Sequence record: PZ452579.1
Direction: 5' to 3' (one strand)
Length of the DNA: 64,000 nucleotides
Source: a phage
The notes under the pieces are model-generated. The model was not told the origin of the DNA and ran no database searches. It saw nothing but the letters and a program-made list of their open reading frames with translations. Of the stretch, positions 25,327-34,370 are shown in pieces (the stretch's first letter is position 1; the number at the start of each line of letters is the position of its first letter). The position numbers and the translations under genes are program-made.

Positions 25327-25785
25327 TTATAGGAGGGTAGTGAGCACCTTATATAATGATTTGCCCATTACATATTCCCATTGAGAAGGTTTAATTAAAG
25401 CGAATGCATCAAATTCAGGAATCTGTCGTCCGTCTGGGAATGTATGATAGGAATTACAAACACTGTTTCTGAATTGCTCGTGCTCTACAGGGATGGTATA
25501 TTGGAACAGATGAATATTCTTATTGTCTGAGTAATGATGTTCACCTAGGTCTTTCAGGAAGGCAGGGTCATATTGTGTAAACCCAGTTTCTTCTTCGCAT
25601 TCACGAATAGCGGCTTCAATAGGAGATTCGCCAGGTTCGACACGGCCTTTAGGAATATCCCACCGATGAGCTAATGCACCTTTAGGACGAGAACCAGTTA
25701 CACGCCCCATGAATAATTCTTTATCTTCGGTAAGGAAAATAATACCGGCTGATAGTTCTTTCACTTTATTTTTCTTACTCATCAT
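25327..25785 (-). CDS. nudE: Nudix hydrolase
   Basis: Nudix box GRVEPGESPIEAAIRECEEETG; 152 aa; T4 e.1 position. Confidence 0.8.
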   Translation of the reverse strand: MMSKKNKVKELSAGIIFLTEDKELFMGRVTGSRPKGALAHRWDIPKGRVEPGESPIEAAIRECEEETGFTQYDPAFLKDLGEHHYSDNKNIHLFQYTIPVEHEQFRNSVCNSYHTFPDGRQIPEFDAFALIKPSQWEYVMGKSLYKVLTTLL

Positions 25786-26026
25786 CTCGGTCCCATGATT
25801 TGGCCATTAATTCGGACATAAATTCTTCAATACGCGTTTCTTTAGATGGACTTTCACTATTAGAGACCGCAAGTTTGTAATCTGCAATAGGACAGAACAT
25901 ATCAAGGTCCATATTAAGGTCGTCTTTGATTTTTTCTTCTGACACATCTTTATCGTATGTGTACAGATAACTATCACATGATTCTGATTTAATGTAAATT
26001 GCTATACTCATCTCAAATTCCTGCAT
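25775..26026 (-). CDS. hypothetical acidic protein (83 aa)
   Basis: ORF. Confidence 0.5.
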   Translation of the reverse strand: MQEFEMSIAIYIKSESCDSYLYTYDKDVSEEKIKDDLNMDLDMFCPIADYKLAVSNSESPSKETRIEEFMSELMAKSWDRDDE

Positions 26027-26487
26027 TCGGTAATAAAACGTTCAACTTCATTATTCTTGGCTTTTATCTTGTCTTTATGTTCTTGTAAACTACTTTTAAC
26101 AAGATTAATAATGATGCCTACAGCACCTCCACCAATAATACCACCAATAATACTTACGATAGTAGATGCTAATACGATAGCGATAATATCTAGTACAGCA
26201 AAGGCACTTACTTTAGTACTAAAAAACCATACCGACGGTACAAATATAATCCATCCTGTTATCCATTGACACTTATTGAAAAACTTTTCAAGCTCAGCTT
26301 GAGTTGTTCGTATTACTTCATCGATAGGTTGATATCCATTAATGTATCTGTTCACGATAATACCTGCTGGCTGGTCGATTTTAAATTCTTGGCAAATATG
26401 TTTCACTAAGTAGGATGGACATCCTGTCCAATCTACTGAATAATACGAAATACCTTCGTTGCCATCATCTATATTATTGTTAATCAT
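26008..26487 (-). CDS. membrane protein (159 aa)
   Basis: Hydrophobic segments incl. Gly-rich IIGGIIGGGAVGIII. Confidence 0.55.
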   Translation of the reverse strand: MINNNIDDGNEGISYYSVDWTGCPSYLVKHICQEFKIDQPAGIIVNRYINGYQPIDEVIRTTQAELEKFFNKCQWITGWIIFVPSVWFFSTKVSAFAVLDIIAIVLASTIVSIIGGIIGGGAVGIIINLVKSSLQEHKDKIKAKNNEVERFITECRNLR

Positions 26488-27173
26488 TACCAGCCTTCCA
26501 TAGGGAATTCCAGATAAACTTGAGCGTTGACACGAATTTCATTGGTAATCTTTTTAACTCGGTCTGTATTACGAGATACACGCCCGAACCAACGCCATCC
26601 ATTACTAATTGCACGAGAACCAGTGTGCCATGTTTGCCAATCAAACTGAAGAAGAGTACGGTCTGGAGCTTCCCATTTCTCTAGTTCGCCTTTTTCGATT
26701 TTTTCGAGGACTTCTTTGTGCCACTGACGATAGATAAGTTCGCCATCAGGAATCTGACTGAACTCTGCAGTTCCTGTTGCAAAATGAGTAGGACACACAT
26801 CAGCGTTAACAAGACCAAGAATATGTTCAGAATGGTAACGAGGGTTGTCATAATCAGGTTGTCCTGCAGTAATAAAGTGTTGACCAACCGGAATATCCGG
26901 GCGTGGTACATCGTCATGGTGATATCCAGGAATAGCAGGGTACCAACCAGGCATCAGCATGTGGACTCGTGAATCAAATACAACCTGGTCGGTGTTCCAA
27001 TCATCCGGCAAGTTCATGATAAAGCTACGAGTAATTGGGCCGCCATTATCAAAAGCAAAATTCAAATCGCAGTTAAAGAACATAGGCTCGTTTTTAATCT
27101 GGTCGTTTTTAATCGCATGAGCAAAACCACCTACTGCACGAGCTTGACTATTAAACACTTTAGAACTATTCAT
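26487..27173 (-). CDS. hypothetical protein (228 aa) with His/Asp-rich motifs
   Basis: PGYHHDD...YHSEH segments; function not assignable by eye. Confidence 0.55.
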   Translation of the reverse strand: MNSSKVFNSQARAVGGFAHAIKNDQIKNEPMFFNCDLNFAFDNGGPITRSFIMNLPDDWNTDQVVFDSRVHMLMPGWYPAIPGYHHDDVPRPDIPVGQHFITAGQPDYDNPRYHSEHILGLVNADVCPTHFATGTAEFSQIPDGELIYRQWHKEVLEKIEKGELEKWEAPDRTLLQFDWQTWHTGSRAISNGWRWFGRVSRNTDRVKKITNEIRVNAQVYLEFPMEGW

Positions 27174-27174
27174 A

Positions 27175-27480
27175 TTATTTTCCTCGACATTCTTTAATGA
27201 AATTTTCTAGATTGGTAGATTCAATAGCTTTTTTACGAGCTTCTGCGTGTTCTTCTTCAGACAATTTACGTTTATAATTGACCCAGACATTATGGTCGAA
27301 ACTAGTCGTGGCATATAATAACAAAGCTCCGACGAATAATAAAAACGGTGATAAGAATACAAAACCAGGAACACCATCCATACTGTAAGCCTTTTGTAAT
27401 ACTGCAACAGAAAGAGTTGCGTAAAAAAGTGATGCAAATATTGTTAAAAGACCAATTCGGTTGGTTTCGCCTAATTTCAT
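27175..27480 (-). CDS. membrane protein (101 aa)
   Basis: Two hydrophobic segments. Confidence 0.55.
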   Translation of the reverse strand: MKLGETNRIGLLTIFASLFYATLSVAVLQKAYSMDGVPGFVFLSPFLLFVGALLLYATTSFDHNVWVNYKRKLSEEEHAEARKKAIESTNLENFIKECRGK

Positions 27481-27508
27481 AATATTCTCCTCATGTTTTA
27501 ATAGGACT

Positions 27509-27538
27509 ACTATAACATAATCCTATAATTGTGTAAAC
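27509..27538 (-). promoter_or_regulatory. early promoter cassette (PeSL-like)
   Basis: -35 GTTTAC, 18 nt, -10 TATAGT on minus strand. Confidence 0.55.
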
Positions 27539-27550
27539 AGTTTTGCGAAA

Positions 27551-28507
27551 TTATTTGAAAGGTTTTACCATATGGAAATTTTGTTTGAAACGTTTGACGT
27601 AATCGTCATGTCCTAAGCTTTGGTACATACTTACTACTTTGCTGTAGTTTTCCCAGGCATACTCACGGAACCAACCGGAGGTGATGCTTGTACAGACTTT
27701 TTCCAATGCCATCATGAAACTGGCTTCAGGGTTAATTTTAAAGTCATTAGGAATTTGAGAACGTTCTAATGCTAGTACACATGATTCTTCGTATACACCA
27801 GCCAGTTTAATCATTTCCGGTAACGATTCGAACTTCTCGCGTGAGGTCATGACTTCAGAACCGTCTTTCATATAAAATGTATACGCTGGACGGTCTGTTA
27901 GTGCAATGGCTTCGTGAATAGTATCATGGTCATATGTATAGATGTCATCTTTAAAGAACGCACTTTTAGAAGTGTCAAGAACTGGGTGAGCATAGTTCAA
28001 GGTTTCTTTCTGGCGTTTCAGCATAATTTCAGTAAGTTCATCGTTCAGTGTAACACCTTTACCACGAAGATACTGAATATGGTTCATAGTCTTTAAAAAG
28101 AATGGATTATTTTTCTTGAAACGATGAGACATCTTAATTGCAAGACATATCTCAGGAGTTGCCCAGTAAAACCCGTTCAAACGGTCTTTAGTCAAATTTT
28201 TCTTGGCGTATTTTAAAAGGTCATAAGAAGACGTGAAATCTTCGGGAGTGAGTTCACCAACTAATTCACGGACATTAGTGATTGCCGGAACAATATATGC
28301 TTCAAAATGAGTTTCGCGTCCATTATGGAAGCATTTGAAAACTTGGACATCAGGGTTATCTTGGTGGACATATACACCCATCATTTGATTTTTGAATGCA
28401 TTCCAAGAACATTGGTCCGCAATAAAGTCCCAGTCACTATTTTTGATAGCGCTAGAATCAATAAGACCATGATAGTGAAGTGCACGAGAACCAATAACTA
28501 ACATCAT
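27551..28507 (-). CDS. nucleotidyltransferase-fold-like protein (GS-x17-SDWDF)
   Basis: N-terminal VIGSRALHYHGLIDSSAIKNSDWDF resembles motif of 14158..15156; 318 aa. Confidence 0.55.
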   Translation of the reverse strand: MMLVIGSRALHYHGLIDSSAIKNSDWDFIADQCSWNAFKNQMMGVYVHQDNPDVQVFKCFHNGRETHFEAYIVPAITNVRELVGELTPEDFTSSYDLLKYAKKNLTKDRLNGFYWATPEICLAIKMSHRFKKNNPFFLKTMNHIQYLRGKGVTLNDELTEIMLKRQKETLNYAHPVLDTSKSAFFKDDIYTYDHDTIHEAIALTDRPAYTFYMKDGSEVMTSREKFESLPEMIKLAGVYEESCVLALERSQIPNDFKINPEASFMMALEKVCTSITSGWFREYAWENYSKVVSMYQSLGHDDYVKRFKQNFHMVKPFK

Positions 28508-28535
28508 AATATTTTCCTCGGATTAATTCATTAAC

Positions 28536-28775
28536 TTAAATTTCACGACATGCGATATTATATTCATCCCAGAGGTCATCATGTGAAGCCTCTACCAATG
28601 GAACGATTGTACCGTTTATGTCTTCATTATAAGGGCAAATTGTACAGTGCGCATCTTCGAATCGGATGCCTTTGTGTTCAGATTTTTTATAACGCATATC
28701 GAATATCTTTGCAAACTTTTCACGAGTAATGGTTTTAGCAACCACTTCGGTTCCAATACTTTCGTAATAAATCAT
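28536..28775 (-). CDS. hypothetical protein (79 aa)
   Basis: Start at ATG (MIYYESIG...) after SD GGAG. Confidence 0.5.
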   Translation of the reverse strand: MIYYESIGTEVVAKTITREKFAKIFDMRYKKSEHKGIRFEDAHCTICPYNEDINGTIVPLVEASHDDLWDEYNIACREI

Positions 28776-28803
28776 TGTGGACTCCATTTAATTTGATAGG
28801 ACT

Positions 28804-28833
28804 ACTATAACATAGCCCTATCTTGTTGTAAAC
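28804..28833 (-). promoter_or_regulatory. early promoter cassette (PeSL-like)
   Basis: -35 GTTTAC, 18 nt, -10 TATAGT on minus strand. Confidence 0.55.
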
Positions 28834-28837
28834 TGTT

Positions 28838-29035
28838 TTAGCAAGAATAACTAGATGATACCCAGCCTTGAACAGTAATACTATTATTTGATAACGAGAT
28901 TGCGTCCTGGAGATTCAGACCTGCGTTATCTTCAATCCATAATGTAACTTCTTCGCGTTCTTCTGTTGCAATTTGGAACAGGTTTTCCAGAGCAGCTACT
29001 GCCGTACGTACAGCACAATCTAATTCACGAGACAT
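28838..29035 (-). CDS. Cys-tail family member 1 (65 aa; ends GWVSSSYSC)
   Basis: Shares C-terminal motif with the next two genes. Confidence 0.55.
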   Translation of the reverse strand: MSRELDCAVRTAVAALENLFQIATEEREEVTLWIEDNAGLNLQDAISLSNNSITVQGWVSSSYSC

Positions 29036-29044
29036 ATGGTTTCC

Positions 29045-29317
29045 TTAGCAAGTGTGAGAAGATGCAACCCAACCGCCATCTTCAAGGCTCAAGTTGTAGT
29101 CGTATTGGTAAACGTCAGCCCATTCAGCATAGCCGTTTTTTGTACAACGTTCAAGATCGGCTTTAAGATGTCCGGGTGAATGATAGGTTCCACCCATACC
29201 ATAAGCTGGATACAAGTCGAATGTTGTGTTTTGTTTATCAGCAATTTCTTTGGCGGCCTCAATAGCTGCATAGATTTTTGCTACAGCTTCAGCCAGTTCG
29301 GTTTGTTCTTTAGACAT
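29045..29317 (-). CDS. Cys-tail family member 2 (90 aa; ends GGWVASSHTC)
   Basis: Shared IADxQ...YG-G-TY and C-terminal tail with 29327..29632. Confidence 0.6.
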   Translation of the reverse strand: MSKEQTELAEAVAKIYAAIEAAKEIADKQNTTFDLYPAYGMGGTYHSPGHLKADLERCTKNGYAEWADVYQYDYNLSLEDGGWVASSHTC

Positions 29318-29326
29318 AATAATTCC

Positions 29327-29632
29327 TTAGCACAACGCAGAAGACGAAACCCAAGCACCTTCAGTAATAACGTAACCATTACCTTCACGCTTAACATCGC
29401 CACCATTATTTTCAATTTCATCTTTCATCCACTGGGATACGATTTCACCCTTAGGATAATAAGTACGACCGCTACCATAATCACCTACAGAAAATGATAC
29501 GGCATATTGGTCTGCGATCTTTGTTGCTTCTTCTTCGATACGTTCAGCTTGATTCAGAAGTTTATAAATTGCATCTGAAGCGGATTTGGCATCATTAAAC
29601 TCTGGCACTTTAATTTCAATAATCTTACTCAT
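29327..29632 (-). CDS. Cys-tail family member 3 (101 aa; ends GAWVSSSALC)
   Basis: Paralog of 29045..29317. Confidence 0.6.
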   Translation of the reverse strand: MSKIIEIKVPEFNDAKSASDAIYKLLNQAERIEEEATKIADQYAVSFSVGDYGSGRTYYPKGEIVSQWMKDEIENNGGDVKREGNGYVITEGAWVSSSALC

Positions 29633-29730
29633 TTTCTACATTCCTTAATAAAGTTTTCGATTGTTTCATTTTCACGTTTAGCTAGGAGTTCATTATAACT
29701 AATCATTTGAGAAGCGTAAACAGCATAAAT

Positions 29731-30123
29731 TCAGTTCAGGCTTTTGCATCTTATCTCCTTAACGAATTCCATGGCTTCGTCATATTCATACTTTTTAACA
29801 GCTTCATCATACTGAGCTTGGGCTTTTGCACATTGAATTTTCCATTCGCGTACTCGAGCTCTATAATGACGTCCTTGGTACCAATATCCCACCCAATTAA
29901 TAGGCATTAATAAAAATGGCACAATAAACGACCCGGCTATAATAAGTAAAAACACTGCATCAGACGATATAACTTCACTAGAATCTAAAACAGCTCCTAT
30001 AATCATAAGGATTAAAAATGCTAAAGCTAAAATAGGGCCAAATAGTACTTCGTTTGGGATTAATTTACGTTTGTATTCGTATGCCCAGGGCTTAATTGGC
30101 ATGTACAGGGTTGGCTTTGACAT
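29731..30123 (-). CDS. membrane protein (2 TM)
   Basis: Start at ATG (MSKPTLYMPIK...); hydrophobic segments. Confidence 0.5.
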   Translation of the reverse strand: MSKPTLYMPIKPWAYEYKRKLIPNEVLFGPILALAFLILMIIGAVLDSSEVISSDAVFLLIIAGSFIVPFLLMPINWVGYWYQGRHYRARVREWKIQCAKAQAQYDEAVKKYEYDEAMEFVKEIRCKSLN

Positions 30124-30694
30124 ATTCTCTACATTCCATAATAAATTGCTCAAGGATTAAATTGTTAGTGAAATTAGGACTAACAACCATAGTTTCATAA
30201 AGCGCATCAATAGCACTTAAAGCATCAACTCTTTTAAGCAAAGGCTTGCCTTCATACATAGTTTCAGAATCGATGATTAACGTAAAGTAATATTTTTTAT
30301 TATCGACTAGAACTTCTGTATCAATATAAAACATATTAGACCTCAGAAGCTTATCTCTAAAACCATAATAATCTTTAGAGCGTTCGCTGATATATTCCCA
30401 TTCAGTGTTTAAACAACAAACAGACCATGTAGGAGCAACGAAATCGGTGAATCTAATATCATGGTCTGCAACTAGTTTAGCAATAGCTCCGATATCATGA
30501 ATCATAATACCTGGGGCTAATAAAGATTTTCTGCTATGGCTAGCCGTTTTCTCAGTAGTCTCATAAGAAGACGACCAGTACCATTTACGTCCAGTTGCAA
30601 CATATCGTAATGAATCAACTAAAGACGTAGGTGGATTTACCTTATCTCGGAACTCTTCGAACATTGAGTCAATATCATTATTTTGGTTTCGCAT
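30092..30694 (-). CDS. hypothetical protein (200 aa)
   Basis: Start at ATG (MRNQNNDIDSMFEEF...) 5 nt after SD GGAG. Confidence 0.55.
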   Translation of the reverse strand: MRNQNNDIDSMFEEFRDKVNPPTSLVDSLRYVATGRKWYWSSSYETTEKTASHSRKSLLAPGIMIHDIGAIAKLVADHDIRFTDFVAPTWSVCCLNTEWEYISERSKDYYGFRDKLLRSNMFYIDTEVLVDNKKYYFTLIIDSETMYEGKPLLKRVDALSAIDALYETMVVSPNFTNNLILEQFIMECREYVKANPVHAN

Positions 30695-30710
30695 GTTAAC
30701 TCCTTTATTA

Positions 30711-30735
30711 TCCAAAAGGAGGACCGGAGTCCTCC
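30711..30735 (-). terminator. hairpin GGAGGAC-n4-GUCCUCC followed by UUUUGG
   Basis: After stop of 30744..31337. Confidence 0.5.
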
Positions 30736-30743
30736 GTATTATT

Positions 30744-31337
30744 TTATTTCAAAGAGTTAATATATTCTTGTACATCAGCAGAAGTGGTTTCGACACCGGC
30801 TGGAGTGCCATTGAACGTTTCAACACGAGTCAGAGTGTCTTCGATATCAACCTTAGTCAGTGCAGCGATTTCAATTACATCATCAGCCGTAGAGATACCA
30901 AGGGCATTGGCTGCTCGAGTTTCACGAATGTATTCGAGTTTGATTGCCAGGTTCTGACGAGCATCGTCAAGTTCAACCACCTTACGAGCAATTTCAATTC
31001 GCATAGCGGCATACCCGTCAGCTTTTGTATTAAGTTGTTCGGCAGTTCGACGATACAGAAGACCAAGCTTAGCATGCATGGTAACATCTTGTCCTTCGGC
31101 CAGGAGCTTACGAATTTCACGTTCCTTAGAAGCGGCTTGCTTGTTCTTTTCATTAACAAGTTCGCGAATACGTTTTTCTTCATTAATAGATTTAACAGAA
31201 GCCGTTTTTAGTTCTTTGATTTGGGTAATCAACTTATCTGCAGCTGCGTTATACTGTTCTTCGACAGTCAGATTTTTAGCCATAGCAGTACCCAGTTTAG
31301 TGCGGATGAATTCAACAAGTTTCTTCAGTGTGTTCAT
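30744..31337 (-). CDS. coiled-coil protein (197 aa)
   Basis: Start at ATG ([10 protein letters not shown]...); track M1 is TTG; long helical heptad-like sequence. Confidence 0.55.
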   Translation of the reverse strand: MNTLKKLVEFIRTKLGTAMAKNLTVEEQYNAAADKLITQIKELKTASVKSINEEKRIRELVNEKNKQAASKEREIRKLLAEGQDVTMHAKLGLLYRRTAEQLNTKADGYAAMRIEIARKVVELDDARQNLAIKLEYIRETRAANALGISTADDVIEIAALTKVDIEDTLTRVETFNGTPAGVETTSADVQEYINSLK

Positions 31338-31378
31338 ATTATTACCTTTCAATTGGTGGTTTATTATCCAACGAGAGC

Positions 31379-31407
31379 ATTATACTCTGCTCTCAAGAGT
31401 TTGTAAA
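31379..31407 (-). promoter_or_regulatory. sigma70-type early promoter (-35 TTTACA, 17 nt, -10 TATAAT) with -10 inside inverted repeat GAGAGC/GCTCTC
   Basis: Copy of the 1830 cassette with compensatory base change in the stem. Confidence 0.55.
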
Positions 31408-31635
31408 TTATTTTTTAATCAAATTGACATAAAACTTGGCGTCTTCGGGGTGCATGCCTTCGCAGTATTCTTCAACCATGAACTTCTTAATAGCTTCATA
31501 AGGACCACTCAGATTAAGCTCAGTTGTCCAGAACTTGGAATCTTGGGCTGAATCGATACGAACTTCAGGGTGGCGGTTGCGAATAACTTCTTCAGTGTAT
31601 TCATAATCAACGACATCAATACTAACTTTAGCCAT
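31408..31635 (-). CDS. hypothetical acidic protein (75 aa)
   Basis: ORF. Confidence 0.5.
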   Translation of the reverse strand: MAKVSIDVVDYEYTEEVIRNRHPEVRIDSAQDSKFWTTELNLSGPYEAIKKFMVEEYCEGMHPEDAKFYVNLIKK

Positions 31636-31663
31636 TTTGTTTTCCTCTTGATTTGATGTGATT

Positions 31664-31692
31664 ACTATAACATAAACTTACTTAGATGTAAA
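31664..31692 (-). promoter_or_regulatory. early promoter cassette (-35 TTTACA, 17 nt, -10 TATAGT)
   Basis: Minus strand upstream of 31408..31635. Confidence 0.5.
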
Positions 31693-31844
31693 TTATTTCA
31701 ACGTCACCTTTAGCTGCTTTATAACCTTCAGCCCAAGATACAACAGAGTTTTTATCTGAGGATTCAAATTCAGGCATTGGACTTTCACCAATATTCACAC
31801 AATATGTTTCTTCATTTTCATCGAACCAAATAATTAAAGTAGTC
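31682..31844 (-). CDS. possible small protein (about 54 aa)
   Basis: MTTLIIWFDENEETYCVNIGESPMPEF... with SD AGGAG; below track threshold. Confidence 0.35.
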
Positions 31845-31876
31845 ATTTTGTTTACTCCTCTGTAGTTGATAAGTCT

Positions 31877-31905
31877 ATAGTATCACCATCCTTGGTGCTT
31901 GTACA
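31877..31905 (-). promoter_or_regulatory. early promoter cassette (-35 TGTACA; CCAAGGATGG-type core)
   Basis: Minus strand. Confidence 0.45.
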
Positions 31906-31914
31906 TCATTATTT

Positions 31915-32247
31915 TTAATTTTTCCAACTTAACAACTTGTAGTGTCCTTCATTCATACGTGGTTTATCCCAAGAAATACTAATATATGATTCGCTGTCAA
32001 TAGAAGTCGCCGGGTTTTTCTCTACCGTAAGACCTTCACTTTCCAGCCATTCAATAGTATTTGCGCATAAATCTGAAGAACACCTAATCGGAAACCGGCA
32101 AGATTTTTCACCTTTAGCTGCAGTGTTATACATCTTTTCTAAAATACGCTTTTGCACGTTTTTAAAAATAGTTTCAGCAGATTCTTCAGATTTTTTATTC
32201 AGTTCAGTGTAAAGACTCATAACATTCTTCTCATTAATAGGGCTCAT
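31915..32247 (-). CDS. hypothetical protein (110 aa)
   Basis: ORF. Confidence 0.5.
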   Translation of the reverse strand: MSPINEKNVMSLYTELNKKSEESAETIFKNVQKRILEKMYNTAAKGEKSCRFPIRCSSDLCANTIEWLESEGLTVEKNPATSIDSESYISISWDKPRMNEGHYKLLSWKN

Positions 32248-32277
32248 AATATCTCAATCATAAGCCCATGTACGCGT

Positions 32278-32553
32278 TTATTTCATATTATCGAAATATT
32301 CTTCAGCGATTTCGTCATTATCATGGTAAACTTTAGAAGACAGTTTAACATAACCTTCTGCGGTGAACATATTAATCACAACCTTTATAGTATACCACTG
32401 TCCGTCTTCATTACCCATTACTGCGTAAGTTTCAAACATCGGATGGTCAGGTCCAATAACTTTAATATCATTCACCGTACGACCAAAATCTTCTGGAACG
32501 CATTTCATAAAGAAGTTGAACAGTTCACCGTAATTATCCATTTCATTCTCCAA
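32278..32553 (-). CDS. hypothetical acidic protein (91 aa)
   Basis: ORF. Confidence 0.5.
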   Translation of the reverse strand: MENEMDNYGELFNFFMKCVPEDFGRTVNDIKVIGPDHPMFETYAVMGNEDGQWYTIKVVINMFTAEGYVKLSSKVYHDNDEIAEEYFDNMK

Positions 32554-32583
32554 GTTTTTTCTGTATCGGTAGTTGATAGTTGT

Positions 32584-32613
32584 ATAGTACCACGGAAGAA
32601 CAGGGATGTAAAC
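32584..32613 (-). promoter_or_regulatory. early promoter cassette (PeSL-like)
   Basis: -35 GTTTAC, 18 nt, -10 TACTAT on minus strand. Confidence 0.5.
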
Positions 32614-32721
32614 AGTTTTGTGAAAAAATTTTTAAAAAGTTTTGGGGAATTCTAGGGCAGGGAGAGGAAATTAAAAGGTAGGATAATATATTATAAAGGG
32701 TTAAACTAAATGATGCCTAGA

Positions 32722-32769
32722 GAGGCCCGGAAAGGCCTAGATACCAAAAAGCCCTATCATTTAGATAGG
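32722..32769 (-). terminator. tandem hairpins (CCCUAUC-n5-GAUAGGG + U-tract; AGGCC-n6-GGCCU)
   Basis: Immediately after stop of 32779..33342. Confidence 0.55.
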
Positions 32770-32778
32770 GATTTAAAA

Positions 32779-33342
32779 TTATTTACCTAGTTTAGTTATT
32801 ATAGCTTCGGCAGCAGCTTTTAGCTTAGATGCAGTGTTAATACGATTTTTAATTTCAGTATACGCATCGCCAAGAACATCAAGGCTATCAGAATAAACAC
32901 TTACACTATTGCGTTCGCTATTTGAAATAGAACCTTTAGTTTTACGATCAAAATCAGTGTACACGTCTTGAAGATCACGGGCTGCCTTCTTTGCATCATC
33001 CAATGCATCAAGAGCTTTATTCAAAGCATTGACATATTTTTTAGTGTCAAACATATTCTTAGAAATTTTAACAGGTGCACGTTCAGGAGTAGCTAAGGCG
33101 GATTTAGGAACCTGCGTGCCAGATGCCAGTTTCTTAGAAATTTTGAAAAACGCTTTATTGAAACTATTTTCTTGTCTCATCGTAAAAGAACTAGTATCGA
33201 TGTTATACATTTCAATAGCTTTAGCTTTCCACTTAAGAAAATCGCCGCGGTCTTTTGGATCCAAGTGGAAGAATACTTTAGTAAGATCTGCTTCAGATGG
33301 TAATTTTGCTGCTTCGGTTAAAAATTCGGCATAGGTTTTCAT
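32779..33342 (-). CDS. internal-protein-like (187 aa), leader MKTYAEFLTE
   Basis: Leader matches T4 IP consensus; Lys/Ala-rich helical body. Confidence 0.7.
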   Translation of the reverse strand: MKTYAEFLTEAAKLPSEADLTKVFFHLDPKDRGDFLKWKAKAIEMYNIDTSSFTMRQENSFNKAFFKISKKLASGTQVPKSALATPERAPVKISKNMFDTKKYVNALNKALDALDDAKKAARDLQDVYTDFDRKTKGSISNSERNSVSVYSDSLDVLGDAYTEIKNRINTASKLKAAAEAIITKLGK

Positions 33343-33432
33343 TTAAAATCCTTGAAATAATTTATCGGTTGGTTATTAATTATTTATTACTTTGTTATTA
33401 TCAGTAACAGCATTCTCTGAGTGATTCAAACT

Positions 33433-33459
33433 AAAAAGCCCCAACCTTTCGGAAGGGGC
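33433..33459 (-). terminator. rho-independent terminator (identical 27-mer)
   Basis: Third copy of AAAAAGCCCCAACCTTTCGGAAGGGGC. Confidence 0.6.
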
Positions 33460-33771
33460 TAAGCCTTGCGGCAACCTTGTCGGGGTTCCACCTGCTAAGG
33501 CAAGTGTTTGTACGAAACGCCGGGATTCGAACCCGGTTATTAAGTAGTTGACGCTACTCAATATTTTTAAAAGGCCATATCTCGACCATATCCGAACGTT
33601 CCGTCAAAAACGCTACTCGGCTTACGGCAAAGATATTTCCTCGAATCGATAATTCTGTGCGCCGTTTCTGCTGTGATGTAATGGGATATTAACAAATCGT
33701 AAAGATTTATTAAGACCAGTCCTTACTCAGGGAACATCAGTCCGACGACTTACCGGTAGCGACCCGGCTTC
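33460..33771 (-). ncRNA. candidate small stable RNA with tRNA-like T-arm
   Basis: No credible ORF; CCGGG-TTCGAAT-CCCGG T-arm-like element at 33516..33536 (minus sense); no canonical cloverleaf found. Confidence 0.25.
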
Positions 33772-34116
33772 TTATTTTGACATATCATCAATTTGCTCTC
33801 GACGCCGACGCCATAGATTAATCGCTTCATTAACACATTCGGCGTTTGGTATATGACGGCAATAATATAATGATTCACGTTTCTGGAACCGATGTTGCAA
33901 TGGTATTTCGTTTAAAAGGTCTTTACGGTCAAAGTATTCAAAACTAGTTAACCCAGAACGGTTTTTAATGAACTTCCAATGTCCAAATTCATTTTGAACA
34001 TAGATGTAATCGGCATGCTGATACAGCGAATTAATCAATCGATGAGAAATAACTGTGTCATATTCGTTAAAATAAAACGTTAAATCATGAACTACCAGAT
34101 AAATATTGCCTTTCAT
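33772..34116 (-). CDS. hypothetical protein (115 aa)
   Basis: Start at ATG (MKGNIYLVVHDL...) after SD GAGG; track ORF start lies inside tRNA-Arg. Confidence 0.5.
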   Translation of the reverse strand: MKGNIYLVVHDLTFYFNEYDTVISHRLINSLYQHADYIYVQNEFGHWKFIKNRSGLTSFEYFDRKDLLNEIPLQHRFQKRESLYYCRHIPNAECVNEAINLWRRRREQIDDMSK

Positions 34117-34134
34117 ATTTTCCTCACTTAAAGT

Positions 34135-34211
<77 letters not shown>

Positions 34212-34217
34212 AATATA

Positions 34218-34291
34218 TGACCCAGACCAGATTCGAACTGGTAACCTTTCCCTTATGAGGGGACTGCTGCTAACCATTGAGCTACAGGGCC
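34218..34291 (-). tRNA. tRNA with CAU anticodon (Ile2-like or Met)
   Basis: 5' end and T-arm resemble E. coli tRNA-Ile2; anticodon loop CTCATAA; imperfect acceptor and D stems. Confidence 0.55.
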
Positions 34292-34370
34292 TAAATAACT
34301 TTCTATTATGAAAGGCACTTTAGAGTACCTTTGGTAATAGAGGGTATTAATTAATAATAACACATAATTC

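Noticed and set aside
26487-27173. 2OG-Fe(II) oxygenase assignment for the 228-aa protein with HHDD and HSEH segments
   Set aside because: Spacing of putative metal ligands does not clearly fit H-x-D...H, and no other fold signature is visible.
30744-31337. PspA/IM30-like identity for the 197-aa coiled-coil protein
   Set aside because: Only generic helical character; no convincing motif match by eye, so left as a coiled-coil protein.
33376-33561. 61-codon minus-strand ORF across the terminator and T-arm-like element
   Set aside because: Spans a terminator hairpin and a tRNA-like motif; no SD; the region reads better as RNA.
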